From an uncultured Chryseolinea sp. (GTDB lineage Bacteria; Bacteroidota; Bacteroidia; Cytophagales; Cyclobacteriaceae), in NCBI GenBank assembly GCA_964484845.1, contig CAZAHL010000001.1:2878-66877 (forward strand): a stretch of DNA of 64,000 nt, read 5' to 3'. Under the pieces are notes generated by a model that saw only the letters and a list, made by a program, of their open reading frames with translations, was not told the DNA's origin and ran no database searches. This document shows, piece by piece, positions 56,901-64,000 of this stretch; the stretch's first letter is position 1; the number at the start of each line of letters is the position of its first letter. Position numbers and translations under genes: made by a program.

Positions 56901-57419
56901 ATCAGCAAGACCGGTGGTCGCTGCTACTTCTTCAAACTGAGGATTACCGTCTTTATCATTTCCTTTATTCAGAAAAAAAAGATTGGGAACCGATGGGCTA
57001 TTTATATACGGCTGAATCGTTGAAACGTATATGTCCAAAAGTCCATCCTGATTAATATCTGTTATAGCGACTCCGGTACACCATAAATTAGTTTCTATGG
57101 ATGACTTCTCAGTGACGTCTTCGAATTTAAAATCTCCTCTATTAAGGTAAAGCTTACTGGAGACCATATTCCCGGCAAAGAAAATATCTGTTAACCCATC
57201 ATCATTAACATCGCCAACACCTACACCGGCACCGTTGTATATATATTCGAACGTAAGAACATTAAAACTATCGTTTTCTGTCAATTGATTGTTAAAAGTG
57301 ATATTGGTTTCAGAGGATGGAAGAAGCTGGAATAATCTATTCTTTTCGGAGGAATTACAGCATATCATTAACAACGCAAATATGCCGATAGAAATAATTT
57401 TTGATAAAGTTTGATACAT
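53907..57419 (-). CDS. Large lipoprotein: FG-GAP/VCBS propeller, UnbV_ASPIC module, second FG-GAP/VCBS propeller
   Basis: The start is moved to MYQTLSKIISIGIFALLMICCNSS (57419). There are many DxNxDGxxD motifs (DVNDDGLTD, DINQDGLLD, DYDLDGDLD, DINNDGLND, DFDNDGDLD and others). The central module reads NNFLRIKLSGEKGNLQGFGAKLWV...GYKSTVENFEHFGLG. Confidence 0.85.
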   Translation of the reverse strand: MYQTLSKIISIGIFALLMICCNSSEKNRLFQLLPSSETNITFNNQLTENDSFNVLTFEYIYNGAGVGVGDVNDDGLTDIFFAGNMVSSKLYLNRGDFKFEDVTEKSSIETNLWCTGVAITDINQDGLLDIYVSTIQPYINSPSVPNLFFLNKGNDKDGNPQFEEVAATTGLADSSYATQASFLDYDLDGDLDMYLLTNALENFNRNQAVGMKNNGTAKSVDKFYRNEGVVNGLPFFKDVSMEAGIQLEGWGLGMVVNDLNRDGYPDLYIANDFISNDNLLINTQKNSFSNNITTMLKHQEQNGMGMDIADINNDGLNDIVALDMMPDDNLRQKTMFSNIGYDRFMLFRSKGYQDQYIRNVLQINNGNNTFSDIGYLAGIYATDWSWSSLLADFDNDGYRDLFVGNGYRKDITDQDFIAYSKELAMFSTDKNRLNTIRQEVEKLMGVKKQNFLFKNNGDLTFSDKAGEWGLDQPSYSNGAAYADFDNDGDLDLVTNNINDEAFIYQNNLINKEGKTENNFLRIKLSGEKGNLQGFGAKLWVYQRGNMYYSEHQTQRGYKSTVENFEHFGLGKSKSDKVDSIKVVWLSGKSQVLKNVGVNQVIALNEKDGVMGKEMPNSISPMPIFKQINNLGKPYKHKEKDFIDFLEGQLLLPHKHSQGGPGIAVGDINSDGLEDFIIGGAAFNSAKVFIQGKNNSFKLDSLPEKDSEDMGLILFDADNDTDLDLYCVSGSSEFKNDTDKYQDRFYRNSGRGKLEYDTTALPKILSSGSCVVANDFDQDGDLDLFVGGRIVPIRYPEIPESYLLINDGNGKFENQTSKFSPSLSKAGMVTSALWTDINNDGWMDLALVGEWMPITFFINNAGKSFTSIKIPDSSGWWNSISGGDFDNDGDMDYIAGNLGLNSVYRASVTEPVTVSAKDFDDNGSVDAILCRYIQGKEYPVHPRETLTGQIPKLRGVAQRYSQYGEMGIKDLMPEAMLKDAMVLKSTLFASVYIENRGDNNFKIKELPVEAQFSPMYGVSITDVDEDGNLDVLTIGNSYASETLSGFYDAGIGNYLRGDGLGNFKSMTVTQSGFFVDGDAKGLANLTLNDGTQLFLATQNRDSLKIFAKSSASLYTKENLVRVDRLTNSSIIELKNGKKRKHEFYYGSSYLSSSSRVLVRDKSIANIKLHNR

Positions 57420-57490
57420 ATTGCCAAGTGAATACTTGTATCCCGTTTGTTTTAAGATTAATAATAAAGGGGAAGATAGTTCACCCATAA

Positions 57491-57522
57491 ATAAAACAAA
57501 AGGAGCGGGTTTGTCCCACTCC
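57491..57522 (-). terminator. Intra-locus Rho-independent terminator or attenuator between susD and the FG-GAP gene
   Basis: The minus strand reads GGAGTGGG-ACAAA-CCCGCTCC, an 8-bp stem including one G-U pair, followed by TTTTGTTTTATTT. Confidence 0.55.
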
Positions 57523-57547
57523 TTTTAGAATTTAAGAATCTATATTT

Positions 57548-59071
57548 TTAGAAGTCCGGGTTTTGATCGGTCTGTGAAAGTTTAGAATTATTATCAATTT
57601 CCTGTTGTGGAATTGGTGCCAAAGCATGTTTAGGTGAATAATAAGAAATAGGTTCAGAGGGAAGCTTATTTAACGATCTCCATCTTAATAGATCTCTGTT
57701 TCTTATTTGCTCACCGGCGAGTTCTACTCTGCGTTCATGAACAATCGCACGGAATACTTCGGCCGGAGTATTTACCGGATAATTTACTGTTGGGTATGGA
57801 GGCATCTCAACACCTGGTCTTGATCTGACATCATTTAGTAAAATAATGGCTTCCCCATCATTTCCCAGTGCATTTTCACATTCCGCCAGACTCAGTAACA
57901 CTTCCGTAAAGCGAATCATTCTCATGTTAATTCCAGATCGTGCCTCCTCATCTGCTGCCTTGTATATACGTTGGTATTTTTTCCAGCTGACTTTCGGATC
58001 GTTACCCTGCATATCGGTAATGGTCTTTGTGTTATTATGATATTTATCCCCTATAAAATAGAACGACTCCGTATAACGCGGATCATCTTTTAGATCGCCT
58101 TTTGCAACCTTCTCATATTCTCCCAGCAGGGACACGGATGGAATTACATTTCGCCATGCATTAGGGCCGTACTCCTGACCACGAAAAGTAACTTCAGTCT
58201 GAGTACCCTGACCGCTACCATCCCAACTGGAGCCACCGAAGTCGTAGGAAAAAGCAACTTCGAAGAGAGACTCTGCATTGAACTCCATTTCCTCTCTGAA
58301 ATTTTCTATGTAGGGAATCGTTTTCCAGGTACTGAATTCACCGGTGCTTATTATTTCTTTCAGCAACGGCTTAGCTAGATTATAATCGCCTTGCTGCATA
58401 TGAGCCCGTGCCAACATAGCTTGCGCTGCTTGTTTACTAGCCCTTCCAATGTTAGCATTGTCATATTCCGATTTAAGTAGCAATGACGTTATCGCGGATT
58501 CAAGATCAGCGATGATCAAAGCATATACTTCATCGACAGTTGCTCTGGGCTTATCCTCTCCGACCGCTTTGACATAAGTATCCATAAGCGGTACACCGCC
58601 AAATAAAACTACCAAGTCCATATACGCCATCGCTCTGAGAAATTTTGCTTCGCCTACCACCCTCGTCTTCATAGGTTCGGTAGCAGGTGCGGTGGCTAAT
58701 GGGACTTTTTCAATTACCTGATTGGCCTGATGAATAAGTCTGTACCATCCTTTCCAAACACTGTTAAGGAGGGAGTTAGTAGCATTGTGTGTTCCCGTTA
58801 ATAATTGCGCTCGGGCAGTTTCCAACTGACCTCCTCCAGAACCCATGTCATCTGAGCGTAAATCGTGAACGAAGAAATATTCACGGCACACGAGGTCCAG
58901 GCTTTGCAAACTGCTATACACCGCGTTGACGGCGCCTACGATCTGAGTGTCATTTTTATAAAATGTATCGGGAGTAAATTCATTTGGATTTTGCTTATCC
59001 AGTATATCTTCTTTGCAGGAGAAGCAAAATGCAAACATCCCTATTGCTGTAAGTATTATTTTTCTTTTCAT
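57548..59071 (-). CDS. susD: SusD/RagB-family nutrient-binding lipoprotein
   Basis: 507 aa with lipobox-like FCFSC. SusD blocks present: FLRAMAYMDLVVLFGGVPL, LLSLAECENALGN, ERRVELAGEQIRNRDLLRW. Confidence 0.85.
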   Translation of the reverse strand: MKRKIILTAIGMFAFCFSCKEDILDKQNPNEFTPDTFYKNDTQIVGAVNAVYSSLQSLDLVCREYFFVHDLRSDDMGSGGGQLETARAQLLTGTHNATNSLLNSVWKGWYRLIHQANQVIEKVPLATAPATEPMKTRVVGEAKFLRAMAYMDLVVLFGGVPLMDTYVKAVGEDKPRATVDEVYALIIADLESAITSLLLKSEYDNANIGRASKQAAQAMLARAHMQQGDYNLAKPLLKEIISTGEFSTWKTIPYIENFREEMEFNAESLFEVAFSYDFGGSSWDGSGQGTQTEVTFRGQEYGPNAWRNVIPSVSLLGEYEKVAKGDLKDDPRYTESFYFIGDKYHNNTKTITDMQGNDPKVSWKKYQRIYKAADEEARSGINMRMIRFTEVLLSLAECENALGNDGEAIILLNDVRSRPGVEMPPYPTVNYPVNTPAEVFRAIVHERRVELAGEQIRNRDLLRWRSLNKLPSEPISYYSPKHALAPIPQQEIDNNSKLSQTDQNPDF

Positions 59072-59117
59072 CGTTTTAATATTTTCTTGAAAAATGATTC
59101 AATCATTTCGTCGATTG

Positions 59118-62100
59118 TTAAAATCCTACCTGTATTCCGACCATTATACTTCTCGATTGAGGAAACTGACCATAGTCAATACCTTGGACTAGCGACTCGG
59201 TAAGTGGAGGTTTAAAATTCTCATTGGTCCTATTACCTACTTCCGGATCATATCCACTCTTATATTTTGTAAGCGTTAACAAATTTTGAGTTGTAACATA
59301 AATCCGCAGTTTCGTAAGAGTACTGTTAGAGATGGAAGAAAAAATACTAGAGGGTACACTAAACCCTACTGTTAAATTTTTGACCCTGAAGTAGGAGCCG
59401 TCTTCCACGAATCGATCCGATGCTCTGCCATTTCCATTTGGATCTCCGGAAATAGCACGCGGAACATTTGTATTCGTATTTTCAGGCGTCCATCGGTTCA
59501 ATACTGCAGTCCCTGAATTAAACAATCGGCTCATACCTTCTAACTCATATTTCACAACGCTGTAGATTTCATTGCCAGAAACGCCTTGCAAGAAAAGACT
59601 AGCATCAAAATTCTTCCATGCTCCGGAAAAATTAATCCCGTATGAAAAGTCTGGAAGAAAATGCCCAATGTTTTGCTTATCCTCACTATTTAACACACCG
59701 TCACCGGTTACATCTTTAAATCTAATATCGCCTGGTCTGGCATTTGGTTGCATGGCCGTTGATTCGCCCACCTGAAAGATACCATCTGTTATGTAGCCAT
59801 TAAAGAATCCAATGGGCTGTCCAACTTTGGTTTGTGTTAAAAAATCTCCATACCAATCACCCGATGGAATTGTTGCTCCTTCACCACCCAGATCTAATAC
59901 CTTGTTTCTTACCACGGAGATATTGCCTGACAAATTGTAGGTGAAGTCCCCTTGAGATTTATTATATCCCAACATAAGTTCGAAACCTTTATTCTCAACT
60001 TCCCCCACATTCGAAGTTGGAGGAGTGTCATAACCAAATGACAATGGGATTGGACGGGGTAAGATCATATCCTTTGTCCTGGTATTAAAATACTCTGCAG
60101 TTAACGTTATTTTGTTATTTAAGAAACCAAGATCGATACCTACATTTGCCATATAGTTACTCTCCCATTTCAGTGTGGCATCGGCCAAACCTCTTATGGT
60201 GTAGCCTGCTGAAGAAGTAGAGCTGCCCTGGTTGAATTCATAAATTTGCTTCCCAGAAATTGTCGATTGATAGTCATACTCACCGCGGGTTAAATAATTT
60301 CCTGTGAGTCCATAGCTACCTCTAAGTTTAAATTCACTTATCACGTCACTGTTTTTAAGGAATCCTTCTTCACTTAATCTCCAGCCAACCGAAACTGCGG
60401 GGAATGTTCCCCATCTTTTATCGGGTGCAAATCTTGATGAGCCATCCCGACGAATAGAAGCTCCAATTAAATATTTATTCTCATAATCATAATTTACTCT
60501 GCCTACATATGAAATCAGTGCGCTCTCACTCCTGTCCCCTTCGAAACTCACATTTGCCAATGCTACGGGTTCAGTAATGTCATTTGATTGAGTGTTATTA
60601 CCCAGTCCCGTTATTTGGCTAAAATTGAACGTCTGCTGTTCAGCAACCACTATTGCATTAATTGTATGTTTACCAAAGGTTTTGTTGAAACTCAATTGAT
60701 TGGTAAGAATGGTAGAGACAAAATTCTGTTGGTTCATATTCAAGTTGGCGTTTGCTCTGGTCGAATATCCACCAGCGCCAGAATTATATGCAGGTAAATG
60801 TGTCTTCTGCGCATAATCCACATAGTCAACACCTCCTTGAAATCTATAGCTTAAAAACTCAAATAATTTTACATCAACATATGCATTTCCCAAAAATTTA
60901 AGTCGTTGTTGGTTTTGCTTATCTAGTGCGGCCACTCGTACAGGATTTTCAGGGTCAGAACCATCCAGGCCTTGTGAACCAAAGAATCCACCATTGTTGT
61001 CAGGATTGTGGACAGGAAAATATGGGGAGCTTCTGATGATATGCTGGAGCTGCGTTCTACCCCCTGCATTCTGTTCAACTTTTCTTTCATCAAATGCCAC
61101 ATAAAAATTCTGTCCAAACGTAATTCGCTTACTGATATTATGATCGGAATTGAATCGCGCATCGCCCCTCCGATACCCAGCGCCCTTCATAATACCTTCT
61201 TGGTCAAAATAACCCACCGAAGCAAACATTCTTGACTTATCCGAGCCGCCAGACAACTCAGCCTTGTGTTGTTGAATTGGAGCGGCTCTGAACATTTCAT
61301 CCTGCCAATCGGTATTGGTTTGTCTGAAAGTTTGAGAGGTTGTAGAGTTAATAGGTTGATCTAAACCATTTTTAATTCTGGTAGGAACACTTGAACCTAT
61401 AATAACATCCGGATCAGTAGGTTTTTTTGTTTCTTGTTTATAGATGTCGGAATTGGTCATCAAATCTGTCGCATAACTAATGTATTGATCTGTATTTAAC
61501 AGGTCTAACTTTCTCCACGCCTGTTCGACACCGTAATAACTTTCAATGCTAACGCTTAATTTCTTGTTCGTACCTTTTTTAGTGGTTATCAATATAACAC
61601 CATTTGCAGCGCGTGATCCATAAATAGCTGCAGCACTTGCATCCTTTAGAACTTCAAGCGATTCGATATCCTTTGGATTAATGCTATTTAAATCTCCGGT
61701 AGGAAATCCGTCTATTACATATAAAGGGTTAGCATTATTTACGGTACCGACACCACGGATTCTAACAATTGGAGCGGCTCCGGGAGCTCCATTATTTACC
61801 ACTGTTACACCTGCTACTCTTCCTTGAAGTGCTTGTCCGATGTTAACGACTGGCTGAACTCCGATTTCTTCAGAAGAAACAGAAGATATTGCGCCGGTTA
61901 CAGAAGTTCTCTTTTGTGTACCGTAACCAACTACAACCACTTCTCCTAATTGTTTAACATCAGGAACAAGTTTGATATTAATATTTGTTTGGTTCCCAAC
62001 TACGATCTCCTGTGTGGTGTACCCAATAAAACTAATGACAAGCACGGTGTTCTCATCTGGGACACTCAGAGAAAATTTACCTTGTGCATCTGTAGTAGTA

Positions 62101-62654
62101 CCCACAGTACTTCCCTTTACTAATACATTTACTCCTGGAAGTGGATTATCTACTTCATCTGTAAGAACACCAGAAACAATAATATCCACGGGGCGCATAT
62201 ATTTTTCAATTACCAGTTCTTTATCCATAGGAGCAGGAAAAATCATTGTAGTACTTATCGTGGCATCGGGTTCGTTCTTGTTTACAAGCTTTGAAGGCTC
62301 TTGAGGCAAGATTGAATATGTTTTTGCATTTATTTTTTTAAATATTAATCCCTCTGGTTCTAATAGACGGGAAAGTGTATTTTCAACTTTACCTCTATAG
62401 TTTACAGGTACTTTTACTTTTTTATCTTGCAACGTGACAGGCTCGTATAAAAATGAGACGTTGTAGTGCGATTTGATTTCGTTCAATACCTCAAGAAGCG
62501 GTCGATACTGATCTTCTGTCTCTCGTTGCTGATAGAGCCGTTGTGCATTAGCATAAACCTTTTCTTGGGCATGACTGAACTGCGGTACGGAAGAAATTAC
62601 CACCATCAGTAAGCACCAAAATAGGTTATAATAAATTGTGTAATGTTTATTCAT
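59118..62654 (-). CDS. susC: SusC/RagA-family TonB-dependent transporter with N-terminal STN signalling domain
   Basis: 1178 aa. It has an STN-like region (LLEVLNEIKSHYNVSFLYEP...), a CarbopepD_reg-like domain (VSGVLTDEVDNPLPGVNVLVKGSTVGTTTDAQGKFSL) and a plug (LEVLKDASAAAIYGSRAANGVILITTKKG). The terminal residue is Phe. Confidence 0.9.
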   Translation of the reverse strand: MNKHYTIYYNLFWCLLMVVISSVPQFSHAQEKVYANAQRLYQQRETEDQYRPLLEVLNEIKSHYNVSFLYEPVTLQDKKVKVPVNYRGKVENTLSRLLEPEGLIFKKINAKTYSILPQEPSKLVNKNEPDATISTTMIFPAPMDKELVIEKYMRPVDIIVSGVLTDEVDNPLPGVNVLVKGSTVGTTTDAQGKFSLSVPDENTVLVISFIGYTTQEIVVGNQTNINIKLVPDVKQLGEVVVVGYGTQKRTSVTGAISSVSSEEIGVQPVVNIGQALQGRVAGVTVVNNGAPGAAPIVRIRGVGTVNNANPLYVIDGFPTGDLNSINPKDIESLEVLKDASAAAIYGSRAANGVILITTKKGTNKKLSVSIESYYGVEQAWRKLDLLNTDQYISYATDLMTNSDIYKQETKKPTDPDVIIGSSVPTRIKNGLDQPINSTTSQTFRQTNTDWQDEMFRAAPIQQHKAELSGGSDKSRMFASVGYFDQEGIMKGAGYRRGDARFNSDHNISKRITFGQNFYVAFDERKVEQNAGGRTQLQHIIRSSPYFPVHNPDNNGGFFGSQGLDGSDPENPVRVAALDKQNQQRLKFLGNAYVDVKLFEFLSYRFQGGVDYVDYAQKTHLPAYNSGAGGYSTRANANLNMNQQNFVSTILTNQLSFNKTFGKHTINAIVVAEQQTFNFSQITGLGNNTQSNDITEPVALANVSFEGDRSESALISYVGRVNYDYENKYLIGASIRRDGSSRFAPDKRWGTFPAVSVGWRLSEEGFLKNSDVISEFKLRGSYGLTGNYLTRGEYDYQSTISGKQIYEFNQGSSTSSAGYTIRGLADATLKWESNYMANVGIDLGFLNNKITLTAEYFNTRTKDMILPRPIPLSFGYDTPPTSNVGEVENKGFELMLGYNKSQGDFTYNLSGNISVVRNKVLDLGGEGATIPSGDWYGDFLTQTKVGQPIGFFNGYITDGIFQVGESTAMQPNARPGDIRFKDVTGDGVLNSEDKQNIGHFLPDFSYGINFSGAWKNFDASLFLQGVSGNEIYSVVKYELEGMSRLFNSGTAVLNRWTPENTNTNVPRAISGDPNGNGRASDRFVEDGSYFRVKNLTVGFSVPSSIFSSISNSTLTKLRIYVTTQNLLTLTKYKSGYDPEVGNRTNENFKPPLTESLVQGIDYGQFPQSRSIMVGIQVGF

Positions 62655-62670
62655 AATTATCGGGTTTGGG

Positions 62671-63660
62671 TTATTTTATTTTGGAAGAAAACGTCACTGT
62701 ATTATCGTTCTTTTTAGTTACCTCTATGTTAAAGGTCTCGGCAATAGCAAATAATATATCTTCCGTTGATGCAGAAGATATCTCTCCTGAGAGCTGTCGA
62801 TATTTTAATTCTTCATTCTGGAAAGAAACTTGAAGGCCGTATGTATCGTGAAGAATTTGAGCAAGCTCTTCTAAAGTCATTTTATCAAAAAATAATTTAC
62901 TTCTCACCCATGAGGTATACTGTTTATCTTCAACTGCCCGTTTAGATAACTTATTTTTTTTCATGGTTGCCAACTCACCGGGCTTCAGAATTACAGTACG
63001 ATCTGCTTCATTGCTTACGTTTAGCTGAACTTTTCCTTCCGTTAACAATACCTCAGATCCGTGCTCCCGGCTTTTTACGTTGAATTTTGTTCCCAGAACT
63101 TCAACGTTTAAGCCTTCACGAGTATGGACAATAAACTTTTGATGATTCTTTGTATGCTGCACGGCAAAGAAACCTTCACCATCGATCCAAACTTCGCGCG
63201 GCTGTGATTCAGACCAATTTTTAGAATATTGAATGGTTGAATTTCCATTCAGCACTACAGATGATTCATCGGGTAATTTAATAGTTAACCGTTGTCCATA
63301 ATTTGTGTGAACCTCGGTAAGCGCGTTCACGGCTGGTGCATTACTTTTTATTTTAACATTCAGATACCAGACTGCGGAGGAAACAAATAATATTAAAATT
63401 GCGGCAGCAATTTTGTACAACAAGAGATCACGTTTAAAATGTGGAATAACTTTTTGTTGTTTGTTAAACCTTAACTGATTGGTAATCGCAACAAACATGT
63501 CTTTTTTAAGATTTTCTTGCGCGTGTGGGGACACACCATCCAAACCAGAATTATCCTTTAATGCGCTTTCCCAATAACTTTCCAGTATTTCTTTTTCCCG
63601 TTCGGTGGCAGCTCCACTTTTTAACCGGTTTATAAGACGCGCCAATTCACTTTTATCCAT
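62671..63660 (-). CDS. FecR-family anti-sigma factor / sensor
   Basis: 329 aa with one TM helix (LLLYKIAAAILILFVSSAVWYL) and the FecR block (KLPDESSVVLNGNSTIQYS...IDGEGFFAV). Its stop lies 16 bp upstream of the susC start. Confidence 0.85.
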   Translation of the reverse strand: MDKSELARLINRLKSGAATEREKEILESYWESALKDNSGLDGVSPHAQENLKKDMFVAITNQLRFNKQQKVIPHFKRDLLLYKIAAAILILFVSSAVWYLNVKIKSNAPAVNALTEVHTNYGQRLTIKLPDESSVVLNGNSTIQYSKNWSESQPREVWIDGEGFFAVQHTKNHQKFIVHTREGLNVEVLGTKFNVKSREHGSEVLLTEGKVQLNVSNEADRTVILKPGELATMKKNKLSKRAVEDKQYTSWVRSKLFFDKMTLEELAQILHDTYGLQVSFQNEELKYRQLSGEISSASTEDILFAIAETFNIEVTKKNDNTVTFSSKIK

Positions 63661-63786
63661 GAAGCATAGTTATATATAGGGAAGAAGGATGCCACCCCCT
63701 AACACCCTAAATCGATTGCGGAATTTTTTTTTAAATGTTCTTTTCCTAATTTCATCCTTCGTAAAAGATTTCACAACCTAGATTCT

Positions 63787-64000
63787 ATGACCGAAAAAGA
63801 CTTCGAGCGGATATACAATATTCTCTGGAGTAAGCTCTATAGACTTGCCTATAGCTATTTTCGGGACAAAACAATGTCTCAGGAGATCACACAGGATGTG
63901 TTTGTAAAATTATGGCTAAAGCGCGATTCCTTAGACGGCATTGTAGACATAGAAGCCTATCTTTTTAGGTCCGTAAAAAATAAAATTTACGATCAGTTTG
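63787..64000 (+). CDS. ECF-family sigma factor, N-terminal fragment (runs off the window), divergent from fecR
   Basis: From ATG 63787 it reads MTEKDFERIYNILWSKLYRLAYSYFRDKTMSQEITQDVFVKLWLKRDSLDGIVDIEAYLFRSVKNKIYDQF, which is ECF region 2. Confidence 0.75.
   Translation, partial: MTEKDFERIYNILWSKLYRLAYSYFRDKTMSQEITQDVFVKLWLKRDSLDGIVDIEAYLFRSVKNKIYDQF

Noticed and set aside
1-64000. Scanned for CRISPR arrays, tRNA/rRNA genes, transposases, integrases, phage genes and obvious defence modules (nuclease, helicase or ATPase combinations).
   Set aside because: I found none. The only repeats are the short period-7/8 arrays and the hairpin element reported above. All large ORFs have metabolic, transport or regulatory assignments, or are FG-GAP/UnbV_ASPIC proteins.

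Overview
Chromosomal segment of a Bacteroidota genome. The evidence is two SusC/SusD pairs, three ECF sigma/anti-sigma pairs, many lipoprotein-type signal peptides and FtsX/MacB-like permease paralogs. It looks Cytophagales- or Sphingobacteriales-like, but I cannot place it further by eye. I support about 48 protein-coding genes. I found no rRNA, tRNA, CRISPR array, transposase or integrase.

Gene content from left to right:
- an ECF sigma/anti-sigma operon
- two ~750-aa CRTAC1-like (FG-GAP + UnbV_ASPIC) lipoprotein paralogs flanking a MetE-like gene
- a small redox-flavoured island: Bcp peroxiredoxin, an 8-module Yx(F/Y)xxD lipoprotein, and a thioredoxin-fold protein translationally coupled to a membrane protein that has a histidine-kinase dimerisation domain but no ATPase domain
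- FtsX-type permeases and an ABC exporter pair
- a SemiSWEET and a MocR-type regulator
- a GH10 xylanase with XylX/XylA-like Weimberg-pathway genes
- an sdhCAB operon of the single-anchor (mycobacterial Sdh1-like) kind
- a CE15 esterase plus a secreted-oxidoreductase cluster containing a frameshifted PmoA-family gene
- two convergent trans-envelope-signalling SusC/SusD loci: one has classical GH43/GH105 cargo, the other carries only FG-GAP/UnbV_ASPIC lipoproteins

The most interesting observations:
1. the hydrolase-free SusCD locus, together with the dispersed CRTAC1-like paralog family
2. a ~210-bp element of six hairpins with 30-bp terminal inverted repeats that show a compensatory stem change
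3. a family of period-7/8 tandem arrays rich in stop codons, sitting in six intergenic spacers
4. the thioredoxin-fold / histidine-kinase-remnant gene pair

All functional calls come from motif recognition by eye. No database search was run.
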